Source of the DNA: Clostridiales bacterium
Lineage (GTDB): Bacteria; Bacillota; Clostridia; TANB77; CAG-508
Direction of reading: 5' to 3'
DNA length: 64,000 nucleotides
Assembly: GCA_003507395.1 (NCBI GenBank)
Contig: DNVW01000006.1
Span: 98,249-162,248 of the forward strand
The position numbers and the translations under genes are program-made. A model generated the notes under the pieces. That model made no database searches. It was given only the letters and a program-made list of their open reading frames with translations, and had not been told where the DNA came from. Positions 56,633 through 64,000 of this stretch are shown here, piece after piece. Every line of letters starts with the position of its first letter. The stretch's first letter is position 1.

Positions 56633-57796
56633 TTAAACTATTTTTAAAAACTTATTCTTTCCAAATTGTAATGTTATTGGTTCTTCTAAAGTAATTATTT
56701 CACTTAAATTTTCTACTACATTACCATTTATTTTAACGCCTTTTCCTTGCACCATTCTTTTAGCTTCACTTTTGGAAGGTGCAAATTTAACTTTTACTAG
56801 CAAATCGCAAATACTTATTTCTTTTTCTTCATTACTTATATTAATTTCTTGAATATTATTTGGAATTTTTCCTTTTGCTACTTGTTTATATCTTAATTCT
56901 GCTTCTTCTATTTTATCTTCTCCATGATACATTTTTATAATTTCTTCTGCATATTTTCTATGTGCTAAAACAACATCTTCTTCTATCCACTTCTTAGCAT
57001 CTTCTAATTCTATATCTGTTGTTAATTTAAAATATTCTAATAAGCAATTATCAGGTATTTTCATGGCCTTTTCATACATAATTTCGGGTGCTTCATCTAT
57101 TCCTATGTAATTATCTAAAGATTTACTCATTTTTTCTTTTCCGTCAAGTCCTACAAGCAAAGGGAATGTTAAAACCACTTGTCTTTCTTGTCCATAATCT
57201 TTTTGTAGCTCTCTACCAACTAATAAGTTAAAAGTTTGATCTGTTCCACCTATTTCAATATCAGCATTTAATGCAACTGAATCATATCCTTGCATTAATG
57301 GATATAATAATTCATGCATTGAAAGTGGTAAATTATTTTCGTATCTATTTTTAAAGTCATCTCTTTCTAGTATTCTAGCAACAGTATACTTACTTGTTAA
57401 GTCTATAATATCTTTAAAATTCATTTTCCCTAGCCATTCTGAATTATATGTGATTGTAGTCTTTGCTGGGTCCAATATTTTAGTTACTTGCTTAAAATAT
57501 GTTTCTCCTGCTCTTCTTGTATCTTCAAATGTTAATGCTGGTCTTGTTTTGCTTTTACCTGATGGATCTCCAATCATCGCTGTAAAATCTCCTATAACAA
57601 ACACTACTTCGTGCCCCATATCTTGAAAATGTTTCAACACTCTTAGTACAACAGTATGTCCTAGGTGTAAGTCTGGTCTACTTGGATCAGCACCTAATTT
57701 AATTTTTAATTTTTTTCCACTTTTTATTTTTTCTTCTAACTCCTCTACTGAAAATATCTGTACAGCTTTTCTTTTTATTAATTCTAATTCTTTCAT
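56633..57796 (-). CDS. tyrS: Tyrosine--tRNA ligase (short, type-2 form)
   Basis: HLGH and KMSKS class-I signatures. C-terminal S4-like domain. Confidence 0.85.
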   Translation of the reverse strand: MKELELIKRKAVQIFSVEELEEKIKSGKKLKIKLGADPSRPDLHLGHTVVLRVLKHFQDMGHEVVFVIGDFTAMIGDPSGKSKTRPALTFEDTRRAGETYFKQVTKILDPAKTTITYNSEWLGKMNFKDIIDLTSKYTVARILERDDFKNRYENNLPLSMHELLYPLMQGYDSVALNADIEIGGTDQTFNLLVGRELQKDYGQERQVVLTFPLLVGLDGKEKMSKSLDNYIGIDEAPEIMYEKAMKIPDNCLLEYFKLTTDIELEDAKKWIEEDVVLAHRKYAEEIIKMYHGEDKIEEAELRYKQVAKGKIPNNIQEINISNEEKEISICDLLVKVKFAPSKSEAKRMVQGKGVKINGNVVENLSEIITLEEPITLQFGKNKFLKIV

Positions 57797-57822
57797 ATTT
57801 ATCCCCTTCCAATTTACAGTTT

Positions 57823-58935
57823 TTATTTTATATTAATTATTTTTTCCCACGTTAATTCCGATTTTCCAAAATGTCCATAATTTGTAGTTTTAGAATATAT
57901 TGGTTCTTTCAACTTTAAATAATTTATAATTCCATTTGGTGTAAGATCAAATTTTTCTTTTATCATTTTAATTATTTCCTCATCTGTTATTTTACCTGTT
58001 CCAAAAGTATTTACGTATATCGATAATGGTTTTTCTATGCCAATTGCATACGATATTTGAATTTCACATTTATTTGCTAACTTGTTTGCAATTATATTCT
58101 TTGCAATATATCTTAACATATATGCTGCTGACCTATCTACTTTTGTTGCATCTTTACCTGAAAATGAACCACCACCATGTCTACTATATCCTCCATAAGT
58201 ATCTATAATTATTTTTCTTCCTGTTAAGCCACTATCTCCTAATGGTCCACCTATTACAAATCTTCCTGTAGGATTAATATATATCTTTGTATTTTTATCT
58301 ATCATATTAGGCTCTACAACACAATTAATGACTTTTTCTTTAATATCTTTTTTAAGCTCTTCTAAACTCACATTTTCCAAATGTTGAGTTGATATTAATA
58401 TTGTTTCTACTCTTTTAGGTTTATCGTTTTCGTATTCAACTGTTACTTGAGTCTTTCCATCTGGTCTTAAATATGGAATAATATTTTCTTTCCTAGTTTG
58501 TGTTAACCTTTTAGCAAGTTTATGCGCTAAATTAATGGCATATGGCATATAGTTTTCTGTTTCGTCACAGGCATATCCAAACATAATTCCTTGGTCTCCT
58601 GCCCCACCTACATCTACACCTAATGCTATATCTGGGCTCTGCTTTGCTATATCAATATTTATTTTACAAGTTCTATAATCCATATCTGTTAGTTCATTAT
58701 CATATCCAATTTCTTTTATTTTATCTCTTATTAAATCTTCAATTTCTATTTGCGCTTTTGAAGTAACTTGTCCAACAACAGTTATATTATTTTTATGTGC
58801 AAAAACTTCTATTGCTGTTCTTGAGTTTTCATCTTTTTTTAAATATTCATCTAATATACTGTCTGCAATATAGTCACAAAGTTTATCAGGGTGTCCTTCT
58901 GTTACACTTTCTGAAGTAAAATAATATTTATTCAT
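57823..58935 (-). CDS. metK: S-adenosylmethionine synthase
   Basis: FTSESVTEGHPDK, GAGDQGIMFGYA and GGGSFSGKD motifs. Confidence 0.92.
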   Translation of the reverse strand: MNKYYFTSESVTEGHPDKLCDYIADSILDEYLKKDENSRTAIEVFAHKNNITVVGQVTSKAQIEIEDLIRDKIKEIGYDNELTDMDYRTCKINIDIAKQSPDIALGVDVGGAGDQGIMFGYACDETENYMPYAINLAHKLAKRLTQTRKENIIPYLRPDGKTQVTVEYENDKPKRVETILISTQHLENVSLEELKKDIKEKVINCVVEPNMIDKNTKIYINPTGRFVIGGPLGDSGLTGRKIIIDTYGGYSRHGGGSFSGKDATKVDRSAAYMLRYIAKNIIANKLANKCEIQISYAIGIEKPLSIYVNTFGTGKITDEEIIKMIKEKFDLTPNGIINYLKLKEPIYSKTTNYGHFGKSELTWEKIINIK

Positions 58936-58990
58936 TTTTTGGTATCATCCTTTCATTTTTTACATTATTAGTATATCATATACATCTTTT

Positions 58991-59560
58991 TTAGTCTATT
59001 TTATTTTTTGTTTTTCTTACGGTTGTAGCCATTTCATCGACTATTCTTCTTATTTCTTTTATTGTTTCTTCTTGTTGGTTTGCTTCTGTAACAACTCCTG
59101 TAATATTACAAGGAATTTTATCTATTATAAATGTATATCCAACTACATATGTATTAAACTTTACAGTTCGCCCACATATTAAAGTTCCTTCGTATCGATA
59201 CATTTCTATTTCATTAATCATTTCTGTTTTTTCTTGTTCTATTTTTAAATCATTTATATAAGTAAATTCTTTTACATTATCTTTTAATTTAGAAAATACT
59301 ATATCTTGTGCTTTTGATAATTCTGTAGCTTCCATACTCATTTCTGCAGTAACTGCAATGTATAATTTACTCTTTATAAAATATATTTTTGAATAACCAT
59401 TCTGCGTTTCTTCATATGATTTAGGTACATTTATATAAATAAGTTTCTGTGGTATTTTATATATCTTAGAAAGTTCCCCTTCTTCTATATTATTTGAACA
59501 TCCACAAAGACAAACAGATACAATTATTATTATAATACTTAAACATATTATTTTTTTCAT
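58991..59560 (-). CDS. Lipoprotein, unknown function
   Basis: Signal peptide with lipobox-like VCLCGCS. Confidence 0.6.
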   Translation of the reverse strand: MKKIICLSIIIIIVSVCLCGCSNNIEEGELSKIYKIPQKLIYINVPKSYEETQNGYSKIYFIKSKLYIAVTAEMSMEATELSKAQDIVFSKLKDNVKEFTYINDLKIEQEKTEMINEIEMYRYEGTLICGRTVKFNTYVVGYTFIIDKIPCNITGVVTEANQQEETIKEIRRIVDEMATTVRKTKNKID

Positions 59561-59703
59561 TCTTTTATATTTTCCCCTCTTAGAACCTATTTTACTATAA
59601 TTATTTTAATATAAGTGTTTTTCTTTTTCAACACTTTTCTTTATTTTATGTATAAAAACTGAATTTATAGGTAAAATAATATTAATGCAAGGAGGTGCTT
59701 TTT

Positions 59704-59802
59704 ATGTCAGAAAATAAAAATAACAATAATAATAAAAATAACAAAAATAACAAAAACAATAACAATAATAGCGAAAGAAATAACAACAACAATTGTAAAT
59801 AA
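59704..59802 (+). CDS. Asn/Lys-rich micro-ORF (32 aa), speculative
   Basis: GGAGG 8 nt upstream of the ATG. Translation MSENKNNNNNKNNKNNKNNNNNSERNNNNNCK. A terminator hairpin follows about 20 nt downstream. Confidence 0.35.
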   Translation: MSENKNNNNNKNNKNNKNNNNNSERNNNNNCK

Positions 59803-59823
59803 GTCTATTTTCCTATACAATAC

Positions 59824-59862
59824 AAAAAATGAATAACTATTTATTGTAGTTATTCATTTTTT
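59824..59862. terminator. Bidirectional terminator between convergent ORFs
   Basis: AAAAAATGAATAACTA / TAGTTATTCATTTTTT stem with a 7-nt loop, flanked by A- and T-runs. Confidence 0.7.
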
Positions 59863-59867
59863 TGTGA

Positions 59868-60704
59868 TTATTTTTCTATTTCTTCTAATCTACAGTTTTC
59901 AACAAAACTTTTTTGTCCTCTATCATATATATATTCGGTTTCATTGTAATTTTCGTCTATATATGTAATGTAATAATTCTCTAATCCACTTTTAGTTCCA
60001 TATTTACTTTTAGGCAAATTACATCTATTTTCTGCCTTAGTCATGGCACTAGAAAAGTTTACTCTTCCGCTATCACTTTTGCATGCTAACACGAATTTTT
60101 TATAGATGCCAAAAAGCTCTGTATCTCCCATTTTTTCTATATCTATATAAATATTAAAGCTTGCTAATATATATTTCAATTCTTCTTTACCTGTTAAGTG
60201 CTTTTGTCTAATTGTTTCTTTTAATATATGCCAGTAAGAATCTGTATAATCTCTTTTTGGGCTTATATAACCTAACTTCAAATCTATAGAACGTAAATCT
60301 GCACCATACATAGAACCTTTTGCAAAATGTGTTGTTCTACATCCAGATTGTATATTTTTTAAATCATCTGTTATATCTGCTGTATGCCAATCTCCTTGTT
60401 CATCCCAAAAAATTATATATGCATGTCTTTGTCTATTTTCTACAATCTCATTTTTTATTCCAGCCATTGTAAGCAAATTTGAATATTGTTTAGATAAGCT
60501 TTTACATGTAATGATGTTTGGATTCTCATATGGTTTATGGTCATACACTAATTCTTGTTCTTCATCTTCATTTAAATATTTATATGACACATCATAAAAA
60601 CTTCTTTTTCCTAATTCAATATATAACCATCTGGCTTTTTCCATTGTACTTTCTAAATCTTTTGGCATTTGTGTTATAAAGTCTTCTAAATTTCTTATTT
60701 GCAT
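59868..60704 (-). CDS. Hypothetical protein, possibly with a transglutaminase-like Cys-His-Asp core
   Basis: The ...IITCKSL...HAYIIFWDEQGDWHTADIT... spacing recalls transglutaminase-like cysteine peptidases. Weak call. Confidence 0.35.
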   Translation of the reverse strand: MQIRNLEDFITQMPKDLESTMEKARWLYIELGKRSFYDVSYKYLNEDEEQELVYDHKPYENPNIITCKSLSKQYSNLLTMAGIKNEIVENRQRHAYIIFWDEQGDWHTADITDDLKNIQSGCRTTHFAKGSMYGADLRSIDLKLGYISPKRDYTDSYWHILKETIRQKHLTGKEELKYILASFNIYIDIEKMGDTELFGIYKKFVLACKSDSGRVNFSSAMTKAENRCNLPKSKYGTKSGLENYYITYIDENYNETEYIYDRGQKSFVENCRLEEIEK

Positions 60705-60714
60705 TATTTTCTCC

Positions 60715-63555
60715 CTATTTTAAGTATTTTTTTAAGAATTGTCCTGTATAGCTTTGATTATTTCTTGCAATTTGCTCTGGTGTTCCAACTGCTACAATAT
60801 TTCCTCCATTATCTCCACCTTCTGGTCCTAAATCTATTATATAATCACATGTTTTTATCAAATCCAAATTATGTTCTATTACAATAATACTATTTCCCGT
60901 ATCTACGAGTCTTTGCAATATATCCACTAATTTATGAACATCTGCAATATGAAGTCCTGTTGTAGGTTCATCTAATATATACAATGTTTTTCCTGTAGGT
61001 TTTTTAGATAACTCTGTTGCAAGCTTAACTCTTTGTGCTTCTCCACCTGATAATGTTGTAGATGGTTGTCCTAATTTTATATATCCAAGTCCTACATCAT
61101 ACAAAGTTTGAATTTTTTGTTTTATTTTTGGTACATTTTTAAAGAATTCTAATGCTTCTTCTACGGTCATGTCAAGTACATCTGCTATTGTTTTTCCTTT
61201 GTATTTTACCTCTAAGGTTTCTTTATTGTACCTTTTTCCTTTGCAAACTTCACATGGCACATAAATATCTGGTAAGAAATGCATCTCTATTCTTAATATT
61301 CCATCACCAGAACATGCCTCACATCTTCCTCCAGATACATTAAAACTAAATCTTCCTTTTTCATAGCCTCTCATTTTTGCTTCATTTGTTTCTGAAAAAA
61401 TATCTCTTATATAGTCAAAAACTCCTGTATATGTTGCGGGGTTTGAACGTGGAGTTCTACCTATTGGAGATTGATCTATATTTATTATTTTATCTATATT
61501 TTCTATTCCAACAATTTCTTTATGTTTTCCTGGTTTTTCATTAGAGTGATTTATATATTTTGAAATTGCTTTATATAAAATTTCATTTACTAATGTACTT
61601 TTTCCTGAACCAGAAACACCTGTAACACATATAAACTGTCCTAATGGAAATTTTACATTTACATTTTTTAGATTATTTTGAGTTGCACCTTTTATTTCTA
61701 TCGCCTTTCCATTTGATTTTCTTCTTTTTTCTGGAATTTTAATCTGCATTTTTCCACTCAAATATTGTCCTGTTATTGATTCTGGTATTTGTTTAATCTC
61801 CTCTGCTGTTCCTTGTGCTATAACGTTTCCTCCATGTACTCCTGGTCCTGGACCAATATCTATTATTTGGTCAGCTGCATACATTGTGTCTTCATCATGT
61901 TCTACTACTATAACTGTATTGCCTAAATCTCTTAATTTCTTTAATGTTGTTATTAATTTTTCGTTATCTCTTTGGTGTAAACCTATGCTTGGCTCATCTA
62001 ATATATATAATACACCTGTAAGGCCAGAACCTATTTGCGTGGCTAAACGAATTCTTTGAGCTTCTCCTCCTGATAACGTCCCAGCACTTCTTGATAATGT
62101 TAAATATTCCAAACCAACATCCATTAAGAATTGCAACCTTTTGTTCAATTCTTTCAATATCTGTTCTGATATGATTTTATCTTTATTATTTAGCTTTAAT
62201 GAATTTAAATATGCCTTTATTTTGTCTATTGACATATCTGTTAGTTCATTTATATTCTTATCTCCGACCTTTACTGCTAAACTTTCTTTTCTTAATCTTG
62301 CTCCATTACAAGTAGGGCAATGACTATTGCTCATATACAATTCGTAAAATTCCTTCATTCCTTGTGATTTTGTTTCTCTATATCTTCTATCTAATGTTGG
62401 TATAACTCCTTCAAAAGGTGCAGTAAATTTTCTAACTCCTGCTGCTGATGAATATTCAAAATCAATTTTTTCATCACCCGTACCATATAATATTTTATCT
62501 AAAAATTCTTTAGGCAATTTTTTTATTGGAACATCTTTTATTTTGACTCCATAATGCTTTGCTATACTTTCAAAATACATTTTTGCCATTGTATCGCCTT
62601 TTTTCATAGTACTTGCACCAAAAGCTTTTATTCCATCATAAAGTGTTTTGTTTCTATCAGGAATTATAAGTTCTTCATCCATTTTCATTAAATATCCAAT
62701 GCCTGTACATGTTGGACAAGCTCCAAATGGATTATTGAAAGAAAACATACGAGGCGATAATTCTTCAAAACTAACTCCACAGTCTGGGCAAGCATAGTTT
62801 TGACTAAATAACATCTCTCTCATTTCCGAGTTGTTTGGACTTCCAACCACTATAAGAACTAGATTATTCGCATGTTTTAATGCTATTTCTATAGACTCAG
62901 TTAGTCTACTTCTTATATCTTCTTTTATTACTAATCTATCTACTATTATCTCTACAGTATGCTTCTTTTTTCTGTCAATTTCTATATCGTCTGTCAATTC
63001 TATTGTTTCTCCATCTATTCTAGCTCTTACAAATCCTTCTTTAGTAAGGTCTTCTAATACTTTTTTAAATTCACCTTTTCTGCCACGAATAATAGGTGCT
63101 AAAACTTGAATTTTAGTACCCTGTTCTAACTCCATAATAGTATCAACTATTTGGTCTATTGTTTGTTTTTCTATTTTCTTACCGCAATTAGGGCAATATG
63201 GTATACCAATTCTTGCATATAGCAAACGTATATAATCATATATTTCTGTAACTGTTCCTACGGTAGAACGTGGATTTTTTGAGGTTGTTTTTTGATCTAT
63301 TGAAATTGCTGGAGATAATCCTTCTATTAATTCTACATCAGGCTTTTCCATTAAGCCCAAAAACTGTCTTGCATATGAAGATAAGCTTTCTACATATCTT
63401 CTTTGTCCTTCTGCATACAATGTATCAAATGCTAAAGAAGATTTTCCGGAGCCAGAAAGTCCTGTTATTACTACCAATTTATCTCTAGGTATTGTTAAAT
63501 TTATATTTTTTAAATTGTGTTCTTTTGCACCTTTAATTATAATATTATTGTTCAT
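60715..63555 (-). CDS. uvrA: Excinuclease ABC subunit A
   Basis: Duplicated ABC ATPase ([18 protein letters not shown]) with zinc-finger insertions. The start [18 protein letters not shown] at 63555 follows GGAGAG. Confidence 0.95.
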   Translation of the reverse strand: MNNNIIIKGAKEHNLKNINLTIPRDKLVVITGLSGSGKSSLAFDTLYAEGQRRYVESLSSYARQFLGLMEKPDVELIEGLSPAISIDQKTTSKNPRSTVGTVTEIYDYIRLLYARIGIPYCPNCGKKIEKQTIDQIVDTIMELEQGTKIQVLAPIIRGRKGEFKKVLEDLTKEGFVRARIDGETIELTDDIEIDRKKKHTVEIIVDRLVIKEDIRSRLTESIEIALKHANNLVLIVVGSPNNSEMREMLFSQNYACPDCGVSFEELSPRMFSFNNPFGACPTCTGIGYLMKMDEELIIPDRNKTLYDGIKAFGASTMKKGDTMAKMYFESIAKHYGVKIKDVPIKKLPKEFLDKILYGTGDEKIDFEYSSAAGVRKFTAPFEGVIPTLDRRYRETKSQGMKEFYELYMSNSHCPTCNGARLRKESLAVKVGDKNINELTDMSIDKIKAYLNSLKLNNKDKIISEQILKELNKRLQFLMDVGLEYLTLSRSAGTLSGGEAQRIRLATQIGSGLTGVLYILDEPSIGLHQRDNEKLITTLKKLRDLGNTVIVVEHDEDTMYAADQIIDIGPGPGVHGGNVIAQGTAEEIKQIPESITGQYLSGKMQIKIPEKRRKSNGKAIEIKGATQNNLKNVNVKFPLGQFICVTGVSGSGKSTLVNEILYKAISKYINHSNEKPGKHKEIVGIENIDKIINIDQSPIGRTPRSNPATYTGVFDYIRDIFSETNEAKMRGYEKGRFSFNVSGGRCEACSGDGILRIEMHFLPDIYVPCEVCKGKRYNKETLEVKYKGKTIADVLDMTVEEALEFFKNVPKIKQKIQTLYDVGLGYIKLGQPSTTLSGGEAQRVKLATELSKKPTGKTLYILDEPTTGLHIADVHKLVDILQRLVDTGNSIIVIEHNLDLIKTCDYIIDLGPEGGDNGGNIVAVGTPEQIARNNQSYTGQFLKKYLK

Positions 63556-63588
63556 TTTAATCTCTCCATGTATATCTTTATCATTGAA

Positions 63589-63613
63589 AAGAGCCACCCA
63601 CGGGATGGCTCTT
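63589..63613 (-). terminator. Terminator after the small zinc-ribbon gene, just upstream of uvrA
   Basis: AAGAGCCA(CCC)...(GGG)ATGGCTCTT hairpin, followed by TTTTC on the minus strand. Confidence 0.5.
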
Positions 63614-63620
63614 AGGGAAA

Positions 63621-63809
63621 TCAGTCCCCATTTAGATCTGTTCCCCTATACCTTGCAGACAATTTGTCCAACAAGTCCCAAGGAGTTCCGTCCTCCTCTG
63701 CATGTTGCGCTATACCTATACGGCAATACTCACAGTTTTTATAGTTAATATAACCACTTTCTTTGATCTGCCGCTCAGTACATTTTTTACATGCTTCATT
63801 GTCCATCAT
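63621..63809 (-). CDS. Small zinc-ribbon protein (62 aa)
   Basis: CKKC-x15-CEYC. AAGGAG RBS. GC-richer than its surroundings. Lies between uvrB and uvrA. Confidence 0.55.
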   Translation of the reverse strand: MMDNEACKKCTERQIKESGYINYKNCEYCRIGIAQHAEEDGTPWDLLDKLSARYRGTDLNGD

Positions 63810-63848
63810 TTTACTCCTTTCAATTTTGGGTATTAATTATATTATACA

Positions 63849-64000
63849 TTATTTATAAAATTTTTCAAGCTCTTTTATCTTATCTCTAATTTCTGCTGCT
63901 TTTTCAAATTCCATGTTTGCAGCATATTTAAGCATTTCATCTGTCATTTTTGAAATTATTTCTTTAATTTCTACATCTTTATCTAATTTGTATTCTTCTT
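63849..64000 (-). CDS. uvrB: Excinuclease ABC subunit B, C-terminal end (gene continues past the window end)
   Basis: The reverse-complement translation ends ...MTDEMLKYAANMEFEKAAEIRDKIKELEKFYK*, the UVR domain signature. Confidence 0.85.
   Translation of the reverse strand, partial: EEYKLDKDVEIKEIISKMTDEMLKYAANMEFEKAAEIRDKIKELEKFYK

Noticed and set aside
59704-59802. The Asn-rich micro-ORF as a classical attenuation leader peptide.
   Set aside because: No gene follows it on the plus strand. The next feature is a terminator, then a convergent minus-strand gene. It is kept only as a speculative stand-alone micro-ORF.
63556-63597. The 14-codon N-terminal extension of the uvrA ORF ([14 protein letters not shown]).
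   Set aside because: The extension overlaps the upstream terminator hairpin. Conserved UvrA starts at [15 protein letters not shown], which has a GGAGAG RBS.
1-64000. Scan for CRISPR arrays, rRNA genes, group II introns, IS elements with transposases, and prophage structural genes.
   Set aside because: No regularly spaced direct repeats, no rRNA-like GC-rich blocks, no reverse-transcriptase or DDE transposase ORFs, and no capsid, tail or terminase-like ORFs were seen.

Overview
Very AT-rich chromosomal segment of a low-GC Firmicute with Clostridia-like gene content (miaB-mutS, uvrB/uvrA, polA, ruvB, metK, tyrS, rpmE, membrane pyrophosphatase, small Cys-rich sporulation-type peptides). Nearly all genes lie on the minus strand. 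Layout: (1) 1-1.7 kb, UPF0182 membrane protein and ftsY. (2) 1.7-7.2 kb, an accessory island between ftsY and tRNA-Thr(CGU). It holds an uncharacterised, translationally abutting two-gene cassette (406 aa + 144 aa) bracketed by two copies of a palindromic repeat, a degenerate tRNA-like remnant, a minimal nucleotidyltransferase, and a TnpV + large serine recombinase module. (3) 7.3-11 kb, two secreted cell-wall proteins, one a glucosaminidase with a dockerin-like tail. (4) 11.4-25.6 kb, housekeeping genes. (5) 25.6-44.3 kb, a large teichoic-acid/cell-envelope locus: tagH/G/D, three TagF-like enzymes, an adenylase-carrier-MBOAT-SGNH (Dlt-like) module in non-canonical order, galE, a GtrB-like GT2, a TagO-like enzyme, an acyltransferase, an SLT and a GT-C enzyme. 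(6) polA and a guanine-deaminase-like gene, then a 47.6-52.9 kb accessory islet: RhuM fragment, AbrB-like protein + acyltransferase, membrane XRE regulator, GNAT, RhuM-Doc fusion, pnuC. (7) queH-GNAT fusion, second GT2, ruvB, rpiA, tyrS, metK, lipoprotein, uvrA, uvrB. The most notable points are the unassigned two-gene cassette in the recombinase island, and five conserved genes that are interrupted: mutS by one in-frame TAA, an acyltransferase by one in-frame TAG, and a U32 peptidase, a GT-C glycosyltransferase and pnuC by +/-1 frameshifts. That pattern fits either a mismatch-repair-deficient lineage or consensus sequence errors. No CRISPR array, rRNA or obvious riboswitch was seen. All family calls come from motif recognition by eye and memory; no searches were run.
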